Made by a program: the position numbers and the translations under genes. The notes under the pieces were generated by a model. The model was given only the letters and a program-made list of their open reading frames with translations. It searched no databases and had not been told where the DNA came from. A stretch of 63,963 bases of DNA, filler included, from Octopus bimaculoides (lineage: Eukaryota), in NCBI RefSeq assembly GCF_001194135.2. It is 12 parts of 9 records of this genome, joined end to end, with 100 filler letters (N's around TTAATTAATTAA, not from the genome) between each part and the next. Parts side by side here need not be neighbours in the genome. Positions count along the whole stretch, not along the records: positions 30,324 to 41,215 come from NC_068987.1; positions 41,316 to 44,352 come from NC_069001.1; positions 44,453 to 48,238 come from NC_068987.1; positions 48,339 to 54,501 come from NC_068988.1; 8 more parts are not named here. One strand, 5' to 3'. This document shows positions 40,297 through 52,534 of this stretch, piece by piece (position 1 is the first letter of the stretch; each line of letters starts with the position of its first letter).

Positions 40297-40690
40297 TAGG
40301 CGTGGTCGTGCGGTAAGACGTACGCTTGCAAACCATGCGGTATTGGATTCAGCCCCACTGCGTTGTACATTGGGCAAGTGTGTCCTACTAGAGCCTGAGC
40401 AGTGCAACTGGTGGACGAAAACTGTGAGAAGCCCTTCATATATATATATACATACACAGATATATATATGTATCGTACATGTGTGTGTGTGTGTGTCATT
40501 GTGTTTCTTCTACCTCAATGCTTGACAACCCCGTAACTTAGCGAGCCGCCAAAAGTTTAACGATCGAATAAATACTGGGCTTAAAAATCAAGTACTAGGG
40601 TTGATCTATTTGTTCCACTAAAACGTTCAGGGCGTTAACACGAGCTTATCTGCAGTTCGACAACTGAGACAAGTAACAGATTATACTCTA
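40297..40690 (+). mobile_element. SINE family A, full, diverged
   Basis: Head ggcgtggtcgtgcggtaagacg...ggattcagccccactgcg, then (TA)/(TG), then body cttgacaaccccgtaacttagcg. Confidence 0.75.
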
Positions 40691-40805
40691 GTATTTAATG
40701 ATATTTTTAAAGCAATCTTGGTCAATATATCTCTTAAAATGAGATATCAGTGTTATTTCAACTTTTGCGTAATTTAAACGACAGTTTCTTCACCCACACA
40801 CTATA
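40690..40805 (+). mobile_element. Isolated 3' end of the Tc1/mariner family at 60050-60825
   Basis: Aligns with 60705-60825 (atatcagtgttatttc...ttttgcgtaattt..acgaca..ttcacc..cac...tata). Confidence 0.7.
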
Positions 40806-41088
40806 TATATATATATATATANNNNNNNNNNATATATATAAATATATATATATATACACACATATATACGTTTACATATACGTACATCACTTTACGACTA
40901 TGGACAAATCATGCTGTTTTATTCCTTTATGACCCACAACTAATTTTTTTCCAACCTAAAACGAAACTCGAAGATCGATACTTAAATGAGAGGAAACAGT
41001 GTGGTCGATACGATACACAAAACTAATGGAGACAGCATCCCACATAGCTGCAGGCCTTTTTATTGAAAGATAGAAAATGATCACAGAA

Positions 41089-41149
<61 letters not shown>

Positions 41150-41429
41150 GTCTGTCTGTCTGTCTATCTATCACTCTATGTTTGTGTGTACTGATATATA
41201 TATATATATATATATNNNNNNNNNNNNNNNNNNNNNNNNNNNNNNNNNNNNNNNNNNNNTTAATTAATTAANNNNNNNNNNNNNNNNNNNNNNNNNNNNN
41301 NNNNNNNNNNNNNNNTATATATATATATATATATATATGCCTATACATATACACATGTACACACATTGCATTATATATATATACATACACATCAATGAAT
41401 ATAGAAATGGAAGAAGGCAGCAGATTTAC

Positions 41430-41567
41430 CATCTGTTGAAATGGTTGGAATATCACTGTCGCTATCACTGTAATCTTTGCTTTCATCAGGAGTAACATTA
41501 AATACTTGAACTTCAGTCATTTCCTCAGAGTTGTTCATTTCAAAGTTGCTAGCAGGACCATCATAAG
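41430..41567 (-). CDS. Probable internal coding exon (phase 1-1, 138 nt), acidic low-complexity peptide, unknown protein
   Basis: Long polypyrimidine tract tttttctgtctgtctttgattgtcttag|, donor GATG|gtaaat, open frame YDGPASNFEMNNSEEMTEVQVFNVTPDESKDYSDSDSDIPTISTD. Confidence 0.55.
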
Positions 41568-41786
41568 CTAAGACAATCAAAGACAGACAGAAAAAAAAAA
41601 AAAAAAAAAANNNNNNNNNNTTTTTTTTTTTTAAATTTTAAATGTTGCTGTTAATAAATGTAACAGAGAAAGGAATGGAATTAATATTATCGTTATGAGA
41701 AGATTCAGTCTTGAATTGGATTTGGGTTTAAGGATTTAGGGCAGCTAATATCACTCGAAGTTCACACAAACAATATGGCTGAATGA

Positions 41787-41847
<61 letters not shown>

Positions 41848-42734
41848 CAAGTATACACGCTTGTATGAATGCATGCATGTATGTGTGAACGTATTGTATG
41901 CATGCATGTTTGTGCATATATGCATATGTATGTATATATATATATATATATATACAAATATGTAACAGATTTATAATGTGCACATATATATGTATATACA
42001 TAGATAGAGAGATAGATATAGATATATACATATAAGAATGCATATATATATGTGTGTGTGTATATATATATATATATGTATATATGTGCATACGTATGTG
42101 TGCATGTGTATATATATAACTATATGTATGTATATGTATGCATATACATGACATATATATGTATACGTATGTATATGTGTGTGTATACATATATATGTTT
42201 GTGTGTATGTGTACCTCATACATATTTTATATATCCGGTATGAACTTCAATGTTTGGAACAACAACATTTCCTTTGGTAATGCTTAAAGTTAATGGCTAA
42301 ACCGGATTTGCAAGTCAAGGGCAATAACTCTCAACTGGAGTTAAAAACATGTTGGCTTTTTTTCAGACAACCAAATATTATATATATACATATACATACA
42401 CAAGACTTAAGGAATGGCGTAGATAAGATCCGGGCTACATATGTTTCATAGCGAGTGGAACTTCAGAAGTGGTAAATATCCAAGTGAGGAATATACCACT
42501 GGCTACTCTTGAGGCGAATGGTATCTTGATTAAATGGAAGTTGACATTATCGCATGGAGGTACATGTTAAGACATTATATATACACACATATAAATTTGA
42601 AAAAAAAATTATTTCCTTATCTTTCAATACATCTCAACGCTTCTAAAGCAAACTTTGTTTACTTTCATCATAATTTGAATTTAACATATGATAGCATCTT
42701 ATAAATCCTAAATTTGCAGAAGAATTTGTCATTG

Positions 42735-42885
42735 GGTCAGTTTAGCTTAAAGGTAAAGCACTAGACACGTAATCACAGGGGTGTGAGTTCAAGTCTCATG
42801 GCTGGCCGCCGACACATTTTTCTGCAAAATATGGATAGTTTATCTTGTTCATGTCATATTTTTAGCATTATCCTGCGTTTGAGAA
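42735..42885 (+). mobile_element. tRNA-Thr-derived SINE or tRNA pseudogene (copy 2)
   Basis: Cloverleaf 42736-42807: acceptor GTCAGTT/GGCTGGC (G-T wobbles), D stem GCTT/AAGC, loop CACGTAA, T stem GTGAG/CTCAT; TTTTT follows. The 3' flank matches copy 1. Confidence 0.7.
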
Positions 42886-43474
42886 AAAAATTATTTCCTT
42901 ATATAATTATAACTATAATATAATGTTAGTTACAAGACATAAAGGAATTCTTCTTAGTTTATACGTGTTTAATGTTACCCTGTATTAAATATATGTGTAT
43001 GCTGTCTATGAGTCCATAAGTCAGGAAAAAATACACTCATATATCTGTATATAAATCGGTACTGTATACATCAATTTATATATGTATGTATGTATAGAGA
43101 TACAGAAAGTCTTGAAGGAAATGAAATGGAATAAAATACAAAAATAAGTACAATATTTACATTATTACATCTAAGAATTGTTTGTCTTGCGCATAAGAAT
43201 GTGTGTTTCATCCTAAAGGGAAGAAGTTCAATTTCCTTAATATATGGAAATATTGGTTCAGACAAAGGTTGTGAGGACATTGTGTAAATGAATAAACAAA
43301 GGAACAATTCTTTTATTATTATTATTACCAATATACTATTCTGATAATTACCAAAAATGCTTTATATCTCGTATATGTGTGTACGTGTAAGTGTGTGTGT
43401 GTGTATGCATGTATATATAACCATTCTCATCATTTGACATTTACATATACATATATATGTACATACATATATAT

Positions 43475-43603
<129 letters not shown>

Positions 43604-43682
43604 TATACACATATATATACATATATATATATGTACATGTACACATATATATATATATACATGCATATATATACATATATAC

Positions 43683-43741
<59 letters not shown>

Positions 43742-43742
<1 letters not shown>

Positions 43743-43890
43743 GTTTAACATCCGCTTTCCATGCTAGTATGGGTTGGACGACTTGACTGACGACTGGTGA
43801 AACCGGATGGCAACACCAGGCTCCAATCTAAATTTGGCAGAGTTTCTACAGCTGGATGCCCTTCCTAATGCCAGGGCATTTAGCTGTAGA
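43742..43890 (-). mobile_element. V-domain-like SINE 3' part
   Basis: Reverse: ggcattaggaagggcatccagctgtagaaactctgcc...gcatggaaagcggatgttaaacg(atg)n. Confidence 0.75.
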
Positions 43891-43928
<38 letters not shown>

Positions 43929-44283
43929 CATACATACATGCATGCACACACATGCAAACATGTGAGTCACCTAATGTGAAATCAATAGTAGTTATGTCAC
44001 TGATTAAATGTCATAAACAAGGATATACTACTCAACTACATAAAACATATATATACATACTTACATGTGTGTATATATATATATATATATGTCACAATAT
44101 ATGGATTCAAGTAATCAAGCAGTACTCAAAAAATAAGCTCATTAAAGTGTCATTGTACAAACCATACAGAATATTTAGTGATAGACATGTCAGTAATTTA
44201 TTTATTATCAAATATGATAATATAAATTATTTGCATGCATTTTAGTTACGAAACAATTTGTCATGACATTCATTTATCACTTT

Positions 44284-44318
<35 letters not shown>

Positions 44319-44321
44319 CAT

Positions 44322-44352
<31 letters not shown>

Positions 44353-44689
44353 NNNNNNNNNNNNNNNNNNNNNNNNNNNNNNNNNNNNNNNNNNNNTTAA
44401 TTAATTAANNNNNNNNNNNNNNNNNNNNNNNNNNNNNNNNNNNNNNNNNNNNATAGTAGTGACAGGTAGAGGCGAAGAACAGTAGAGGGAAGAATGAGAG
44501 GGGGAGATAGATATAGAGATAGAGAGAGTCGCGTTAGAAAAATAGTTAAAACTTACTGTAACGCGTGCGTTCTGTTGTGATACAAACAATATATGAGTAT
44601 ATGCATATATATGTACATGTATGTACATACCTTCATCTACACATATATATATATATGTGTATGTATGTATGTATGTATGTATGTATTTG

Positions 44690-44895
44690 TGTGTCTGTGT
44701 TTGTTCCCCTATCATTGCTCGATAACCAGTGTTGGTGTGTTTACGTCCCCGTAACATAGCGGCTCGGCAAAAGCGACCTATAAAATAATACTAGGCTTAC
44801 AACGAATAAGTCTTGGGGTCGATTTGTTCGATTAAACGCGGTGCCCCAACATGGCCGCAGTCAAATCACTAAAACAGGTAAAAGACTAAAAGAAT
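44690..44895 (+). mobile_element. SINE family A body
   Basis: gttggtgtgtttacgtccccgtaacatagcggctcggcaaaagcgacc...catggccgcagtcaaatcactaaaac. Confidence 0.8.
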
Positions 44896-46017
44896 AATTG
44901 AAATTACAGAAGTTATCTCTCCTCTTCTTCTGAAATTACTTTTCATTAACGCTTATAAATCTTCTCATTACAGCTTTAACTAAAATTAATTGAAAGTTAT
45001 TTTCTGCTAATATAACAATTACATTAGCGCGCACTGAACCGTAGATAATTAATCGGGGACCCACAGGATGGCTTCGCTCCTCAGACAGATGTTTCAAACT
45101 CGTGTCTGTTTGCCTGTCACTGGCGTTGAATCATTGATTTTCACAAGATATTAGGATGAGGCGGGGAGAGAGGGAACGGAGTGAACATATGAACTGTAAA
45201 GAAAATACAAAACTCGTTGCCGTGGAAACACTATCAGTATCCCAAATGGGAGGTATGCGTGTGTTCAACGGAAACACCGGCTTCTGCATAAATGATATAT
45301 ATATATATANNNNNNNNNNNNNNNNNNNNNNNNNNNNNNNNNNNNNNNNNNNNNNNNNNNNNNNNNNNNNNNNNNNNNNNNNNNNNNNNNNNNNNNNNNN
45401 NNNNNNNNNNNNNNNNNNNNNNNNNNNNNNNNNNNNNNNNNNNNNNNNNNNNNNNNNNNNNNNNNNNNNNNNNNNNNNNNNNNNNNNNNNNNNNNNNNNN
45501 NNNNNNNNNNNNNNNNNNNNNNNNNNNNNNNNNNNNNNNNNNNNNNNNNNNNNNNNNNNNNNNNNNNNNNNNNNNNNNNNNNNNNNNNNNNNNNNNNNNN
45601 NNNNNNNNNNNNNNNNNNNNNNNNNNNNNNNNNNNNNNNNNNNNNNNNNNNNNNNNNNNNNNNNNNNNNNNNNNNNNNNNNNNNNNNNNNNNNNNNNNNN
45701 NNNNNNNNNNNNNNNNNNNNNNNNNNNNNNNNNNNNNNNNNNNNNNNNNNNNNNNNNNNNNNNNNNNNNNNNNNNNNNNNNNNNNNNNNNNNNNNNNNNN
45801 NNNNNNNNNNNNNNNNNNNNNNNNNNNNNNNNNNNNNNNNNNNNNNNNNNNNNNNNNNNNNNNNNNNNNNNNNNNNNNNNNNNNNNNNNNNNNNNNNNNN
45901 NNNNNNNNNNNNNNNNNNNNNNNNNNNNNNNNNNNNNNNNNNNNNNNNNNNNNNNNNNNNNNNNNNNNNNNNNNTATCTATCTATCTATCTATCTATCTA
46001 GCTAGCTAGCTAGCTAT

Positions 46018-46896
46018 ATACAGGGTGGGTGAAAAGTAAGTAGGCATTAAAAATTGGTAATATTCCTTTTACAAATTCATTGAAACAAATGATACCTGTT
46101 CTTTATGATATGAGAAAATAAAAGGAAATCTTCATATTTCAACGTAAACACTGGTGGCGTCAATCAGTTCCCTCAAACGGCCAGGGAGGGAATGAACAAC
46201 CCGCTGAAGGATGTTGTCTTGTATATCACTGAGAACCTCCTCAATCCGTGTCTCCAATTCCTCCAGTGTGCGAGGTTTGTCTTGTACACCTCTTTTTAGG
46301 TAACTCCTCAGATAAAAATCACATGCAGTGAGATCCGGACTTCTTGGTGTTCTGGACTTCCGCGGTCAGTCTTAAGGTTTTAGCTCCTGCACGTAGTGGG
46401 ATTTCCACAGACGAAAATTTAATTCTTTATGCAGCACTGTACGCATTGTATGTCTTGTTAATCCACTTTCACGAACTGCTTGACGTGTTGATTTTTTGCG
46501 GGCTACGATAAAACATGTCTTGCACTGTTGCTACGCTCTCCGCTGATCAAGATGTGGTTGGACGTCCACCACTTGCATCGTTCACAGAGCCCGTGGTCAT
46601 CAGCTTTGCATGACAACTTTTTATTGACTCTAGACGAAGCGTTGCATGCTTACCTTTCCATACACGCCACCATCTCTGAACCAAAACAATGGAATTCCAC
46701 ACTTCATAGCGTGCTGCTATCTTAGCTCGCTTCTGAACAGTCAAGCGACCGACATCTAGAAAATAAGAAATAAGAAACAAGACAAAAAGAAAACAAAAAA
46801 AAATCCCCATTGGTGTTGTCTGTTTAAAAATGTTTTCGTCTTGACTTCAGTGATACTAAAAATTCTACAAGCAACTTCTGATGCCACCCACCTTAT
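46018..46896 (-). mobile_element. Internally deleted Tc1/mariner element
   Basis: N-terminal HTH RLTVQKRAKIAARYEVWNSIVLVQRWW...TGSVND...SGGRPTTS; C-terminus ELETRIEEVL...LRELIDATSVYVEI*. Terminus tacagggtgggtg at 46019 and a partial inverted match ccacccaccttata near 46885-46897. Confidence 0.8.
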
Positions 46897-46923
46897 AAAT
46901 AAATATATAGAAACCAGTGTATG

Positions 46924-46957
<34 letters not shown>

Positions 46958-48030
46958 CATTGGTTGATGTTTCTTAAGTTGCTTATAGTTTGATTCGGCT
47001 GTTTCTGTCCCCNNNNNNNNNNNNNNNNNNNNNNNNNNNNNNNNNNNNNNNNNNNNNNNNNNNNNNNNNNNNNNNNNNNNNNNNNNNNNNNNNNNNNNNN
47101 NNNNNNNNNNNNNNNNNNNNNNNNNNNNNNNNNNNNNNNNNNNNNNNNNNNNNNNNNNNNNNNNNNNNNNNNNNNNNNNNNNNNNNNNNNNNNNNNNNNN
47201 NNNNNNNNNNNNNNNNNNNNNNNNNNNNNNNNNNNNNNNNNNNNNNNNNNNNNNNNNNNNNNNNNNNNNNNNNNNNNNNNNNNNNNNNNNNNNNNNNNNN
47301 NNNNNNNNNNNNNNNNNNNNNNNNNNNNNNNNNNNNNNNNNNNNNNNNNNNNNNNNNNNNNNNNNNNNNNNNNNNNNNNNNNNNNNNNNNNNNNNNNNNN
47401 NNNNNNNNNNNNNNNNNNNNNNNNNNNNNNNNNNNNNNNNNNNNNNNNNNNNNNNNNNNNNNNNNNNNNNNNNNNNNNNNNNNNNNNNNNNNNNNNNNNN
47501 NNNNNNNNNNNNNNNNNNNNNNNNNNNNNNNNNNNNNNNNNNNNNNNNNNNNNNNNNNNNNNNNNNNNNNNNNNNNNNNNNNNNNNNNNNNNNNNNNNNN
47601 NNNNNNNNNNNNNNNNNNNNNNNNNNNNNNNNNNNNNNNNNNNNNNNNNNNNNNNNNNNNNNNNNATATATATATATGTATGTATGGCCTCGTTTGCAGA
47701 ATGGAGATAACGGCTGTGGGTGAAAACAAACGCAATATTTCAAGGTCGCAACAACATAAGAAAAACAGAAAACAGAGACACAGAAAGCGACTGAACCAAG
47801 ACAATACATGTGCGAGTGTGCGCGTGTGGTGCATGTGTGTGTGTGTGTATAGCGGGGTGGTGCTATGTACGGAACACTGATATACATGACACACAAGCTG
47901 AAATAAATTTATAGACGTAAACAAGCATCTGATCAACTCAACCCAGCCCCAGGTGTCCTAGATTCCATTGTTGAGATGATGTTATGTGAGTAAATGTTCA
48001 CACACACACACACCCATATATGCATATATG

Positions 48031-48071
<41 letters not shown>

Positions 48072-48339
48072 AATATGAGTATATGCATATATATGTACAT
48101 GTATGTATATACGTTCATCTACATGTACATATAGATACATAACTGGGTACATGACGTGGCAAAAGAACAAGGACAATATATGTATATATATATATTTCTA
48201 TGTATATGTATATATATATGCGTACATATATATATATANNNNNNNNNNNNNNNNNNNNNNNNNNNNNNNNNNNNNNNNNNNNTTAATTAATTAANNNNNN
48301 NNNNNNNNNNNNNNNNNNNNNNNNNNNNNNNNNNNNNNA

Positions 48340-48765
48340 CCTTGGCCAAAAGGTAACAAAGGTAACAATAAAGCACGCACCTCCAACAATAGGCACACTA
48401 TGGTTGATATCGGCCATATGTGTCGACATGGACAACATAAACATACTTAAAATAAACGTTGGAGAAAGCAACTGGACGGGAAAAAACATACAAATCCTGT
48501 TCCACACAAACGAACAAGAAATCCAAAAAATCACACCATACATCCGTTTGGCAACAAATCAAAAGTTACATATAGTGGTAGAGGGCAGGCGGCCTCGCTG
48601 TTACTTATGCGACAGCGAGGCACACCTCAAAAAGGAGTGTCAGACTGCCCTAAAAACACAACAACAACAAGAACTAACTAAACACATAAAAAAAGCCTTG
48701 CTGCCCACACCGCCATCCACACAAAAAACAACAAAAGCAACATTAACAACATCAACGAAAGAAAA
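48340..48765 (+). pseudogene. L1/Tx1-clade ORF1 fragment with CCHC zinc knuckle
   Basis: HIVVEGRRPRCYLCDSEAHLKKEC = CX2CX4HX4C, preceded by ORF1-like sequence; bounded by gaps. Confidence 0.75.
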
Positions 48766-49471
48766 NNNNNNNNNNNNNNNNNNNNNNNNNNNNNNNNNNN
48801 NNNNNNNNNNNNNNNNNNNNNNNNNNNNNNNNNNNNNNNNNNNNNNNNNNNNNNNNNNNNNNNNNNNNNNNNNNNNNNNNNNNNNNNNNNNNNNNNNNNN
48901 NNNNNNNNNNNNNNNNNNNNNNNNNNNNNNNNNNNNNNNNNNNNNNNNNNNNNNNNNNNNNNNNNNNNNNNNNNNNNNNNNNNNNNNNNNNNNNNNNNNN
49001 NNNNNNNNNNNNNNNNNNNNNNNNNNNNNNNNNNNNNNNNNNNNNNNNNNNNNNNNNNNNNNNNNNNNNNNNNNNNNNNNNNNNNNNNNNNNNNNNNNNN
49101 NNNNNNNNNNNNNNNNNNNNNNNNNNNNNNNNNNNNNNNNNNNNNNNNNNNNNNNNNNNNNNNNNNNNNNNNNNNNNNNNNNNNNNNNNNNNNNNNNNNN
49201 NNNNNNNNNNNNNNNNNNNNNNNNNNNNNNNNNNNNNNNNNNNNNNNNNNNNNNNNNNNNNCATTAAAATTTATCATGTAACACCAGCATTACACCACAA
49301 AATAAAATCCCTCTACCCCAACGCGGTAGGGGGATGTCAAAAATATTTGTGCAAGAAATTGTACAATAGCCTCCTTGGTGAAAAATCCAAGGAGGAAACA
49401 AAACTTTCGAACGGTAAGTAACTCACTGTTCCTTTTGTTTTGTGCTTTAAAGCACATATTTAAATAGAATC

Positions 49472-49680
49472 ATGGCGAAGATTGGTTGTGTGAATGTGCG
49501 TGGCTTGGGGTCCTCTTGGAAACAAGGGTACCTCTTAAATGACATCAAGTCACACAATTTGGATATCATAGCCATTAGTGAGACCAGACTCCATGAACCG
49601 CGGGCCCTAAAGTCCATGTTTGGTGGACAATTTAACATTTATTTTTCTCCGTGTCTGCCGAGGATGAAATATATGTGTAC
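49472..49680 (+). pseudogene. L1/Tx1-clade ORF2 N-terminus (APE endonuclease), 3'-truncated
   Basis: MAKIGCVNVRGLG...LNDIKSHNLDIIAISETRL = APE motifs I-II (NVRG, (Q/S)ET). Confidence 0.85.
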
Positions 49681-49943
49681 ATCTTAATGATTACCCAAGC
49701 CTATCACCGATTTTGCAGGTTGCAGGGCACAAGATTCGAAAATTCAACGCGTAGAGAGCCGGAACAAATGCAATACGGTTAGGCATTCAAAACGACGTCC
49801 TAAGGACCATATTAATTCGATACTGTCTGTCTGTCTCTCTATATATGCATGATGTAGATACAATGAACAATAAAACATAAGATATGAAGGACAGGGTTTA
49901 ACAAATACAGTATTAGCGTCAGCTTTAATAAAAATAGAAAGTA

Positions 49944-49979
49944 TCTTAACGTTTCGGACGTAACTTCTTCCTCAGAAGA
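49944..49979 (-). ncRNA. Minimal type-I hammerhead motif, stem II degraded
   Basis: Minus strand TCTT-CTGAGGA-A-GAAG(ttac)GTCC-GAAA-CGT-T-AAGA. Core intact, 4-bp stem I, ACGT palindrome, imperfect stem II. Confidence 0.6.
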
Positions 49980-50111
49980 AAGAGACAAACAGAAATGAGA
50001 AAGAAGAAGAGTCAGTGAGAGGTAGAGTGTTAAACGGATGAAGAGTTAGAAACGAGGCGGTAATGCTGTTCTGTGGTGTGAACTTAAGGGAGAATAAAGC
50101 AGGTGTGTGTA

Positions 50112-50183
50112 TGCAAGACCGGAAATTGAACGAGTGACTTTACAATCATGGACCCAACACCCTAATCCACAATGCCATGCACC
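50112..50183 (-). mobile_element. tRNA-like SINE head
   Basis: Minus strand ggtgcatggcattgtggattaggg (A-box-like)...ctcgttcaatttccgg (B-box-like). Confidence 0.5.
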
Positions 50184-50599
50184 TTCAAAAACAGAAACCT
50201 AAACGCACAAACCTAGATAAACACACAAAATACATGCATACGTCTGTGAAGGCGCGTGGGATTGTGGTTTCAGTTCTCCGATAGGGTGATGCGTTTTATT
50301 ATTACGCAAAATACTTAATTTTATGTTGCGTTGTGGCCATTTGGACACTTGACGTGTGGTACACCGTGCACATGCTCAACCATTATCAATTTGATGGAGA
50401 GAGTGAGTTAATGTAGAGCACGAACAGTTGAACACTAACAAATTATATCTGCAGGCCGTTTTGTAAGAAATAGTAAAACATTTTTCGTCTATGAGAGAAG
50501 AATCCATGATATATGTTGCGGCGAAAGTCATTGACACTCCTGGTGGATTGGAGAATGGACTAGACGAACTCTTATAAAGAGTAGAGGTCGGTAGTAGTC

Positions 50600-51130
50600 G
50601 AGAGAGAATGTTTTGGTAGTCTCGCGAAGTACGTCGTGTGAAAACATTGATTAAACCTCCGCACGAGAAGGTGCGACTACTTTTAAGAAAGTTATCCCCT
50701 CTCGAACACGAAAAATACTGTAACTATATTCTGCCGAAGAAACCAGGTGAGATTTGTTTCGATCAAACAGTTAATTTGTTATCGAGAATTTTCAGAGAAA
50801 GAAGTTCTCTGTTCAATACTCGTTGGCAATGTTTAAATTTAGTTAAAAAAGATGAAGACTTCGTCACCTATGCTGGAGTTGTGAACAGAAAGTGTGAAAA
50901 ATTCAAATTAAATGAATTAACCCCGGATTTGTTCAAATGTTTAATTTTTGTTCAAGGGTTAACAGCAAGAAAAGATGTTGATATACGTTTATGTATATTA
51001 ACAAAATTAGAACAGGACAAAAAATTAACTCTACAGGTAGTGGCTGAAGAATGCCAGAGGATTATATATTAAAGACATGACGCGGATAAAATTGAAGAAA
51101 AAGATTGTTCTCAGATTCATGCGTGCCGTC
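50600..51130 (+). pseudogene. Ty3/Gypsy LTR retrotransposon gag remnant
   Basis: KVRLLLRKLSPLEHEKYCNYILPKKP...FDQTVNLLSRIF...SLFNTRWQCLNL...FKCLIFVQGL...LTLQVVAEECQRI, typical of invertebrate Gypsy (K02A2.6-like) gag. Confidence 0.85.
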
Positions 51131-52065
51131 CAGAATACTGACAGCAATTTCCTTGTTTTCTCTGTCCTGAAGCTGGTATGTTGTGTCTCGAAATGGTTGA
51201 TCTTCTTAGGGTTGAAGGTTATCAATGTCCTAAAATGTTGAAGGCTCACCCACACGAACGTTGGCTACATATACTGTGGATAAATATTTTTCTTCCTTGC
51301 GTTTTGAAAACAAATAGAACACTTAAGGTTTTCTTCCCATTGCTGTCATCTCTTTTTTTTTATGTCATGCCGATTCATAATTTGTGTCAGTCAAAACAAT
51401 AATGAATTCTCCAGAGTTTGTTGTTTTCTACTAGTAACGGGAGTCAGTTTTATCAACTGTCCCCTTCCCTTTAAATTGCTCGCCTTGTGCCTAAGCATCG
51501 GGCAACATGCATTGCAGCATAAAGCTATGGCCCATTACGTTCTGAGTTCAATTCCGCTGAGGTTAGCTTTACCTTTCATCCCTACGGGATCGATAAAAAT
51601 AAAGCACCAGTAATGTACTGGGACGCTTTATTCTACCTGTCCCTCCCCACAAATTAGGAGTCGCCTGGATACTCTCAAACGACTAGCACCTTTTAAGGTG
51701 GTGCTCCAGCATGGCCGCAGTCAAATGACCGAAACAAGTAAAAGAAAAGAATATACGTATTTGTATGTATGTATGTATGTATGTATGTATGTATGAGTGT
51801 GTTTATGCATCTTTGTGCTTGGAAACCGACACTCGTTTGTTTACGTAATTTGTTTACGTAATTTGGCGGCTCGGCGTAATACAGACCAATAGAATAAGCA
51901 CTAGACTAAATAAAAACTGGGATCAGTTTGTCCGATTAAAATATCATCAAGGCACTGTCTCAGGATGACTGCAGCCCTATGACCTCACCAAGTAAATGTT
52001 TAAAAGCATGCTCTTTGAATGGGGTGGGTGACACTTAGGAGTCGCCTGGATACTCTCATGCTATG

Positions 52066-52368
52066 TGTTACAGATAACAGACGACAGTCGCAAAGCAATG
52101 CAATGCACAGGTTTAGTAGGAAAATAATATGTACACAGTTGTTAATTCTGCTATGTAAAATGAATGTTTTAATCAAAGAGCCCTGGTCCTGAAATGCTTT
52201 TGTAATAGAGTGGACATTGCTAAAAGCGTCGCGGAAATAGAGGAGCAATATAAAGCCTGTAATAACATGCTGTACAGAGATAAGGGAACGAAAGAAATGA
52301 CGGTCGTGAAATACTAATAAATCAACGAAGTTGAGTAGTACAGAGATAAAACGACTGAAAATATTACA
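52066..52368 (+). mobile_element. Probable LTR (about 300 bp)
   Basis: Starts TGTTA, ends TTACA, TATA-like caatataaag near 52250, AATAAA near 52316. No matching TSD seen. Confidence 0.45.
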
Positions 52369-52534
52369 TACATAAATACATACAAATATAAATAACAATA
52401 TAAATACACGTGTGTGTATGTAGAGTTGTCTTAAAATCCATGAGTCAAAATAAACACGGTCACTCATATATTAGGTAATATAGTTGGTATATTAGTATAA
52501 AAGAGATCACCACCATCGTGATAATAGTCATCCT

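Noticed and set aside
42736-42807. Functional tRNA-Thr gene
   Set aside because: The anticodon stem is broken, the acceptor stem has several wobbles, and the 3' flank is shared with a second copy, so it is treated as a SINE or pseudogene.
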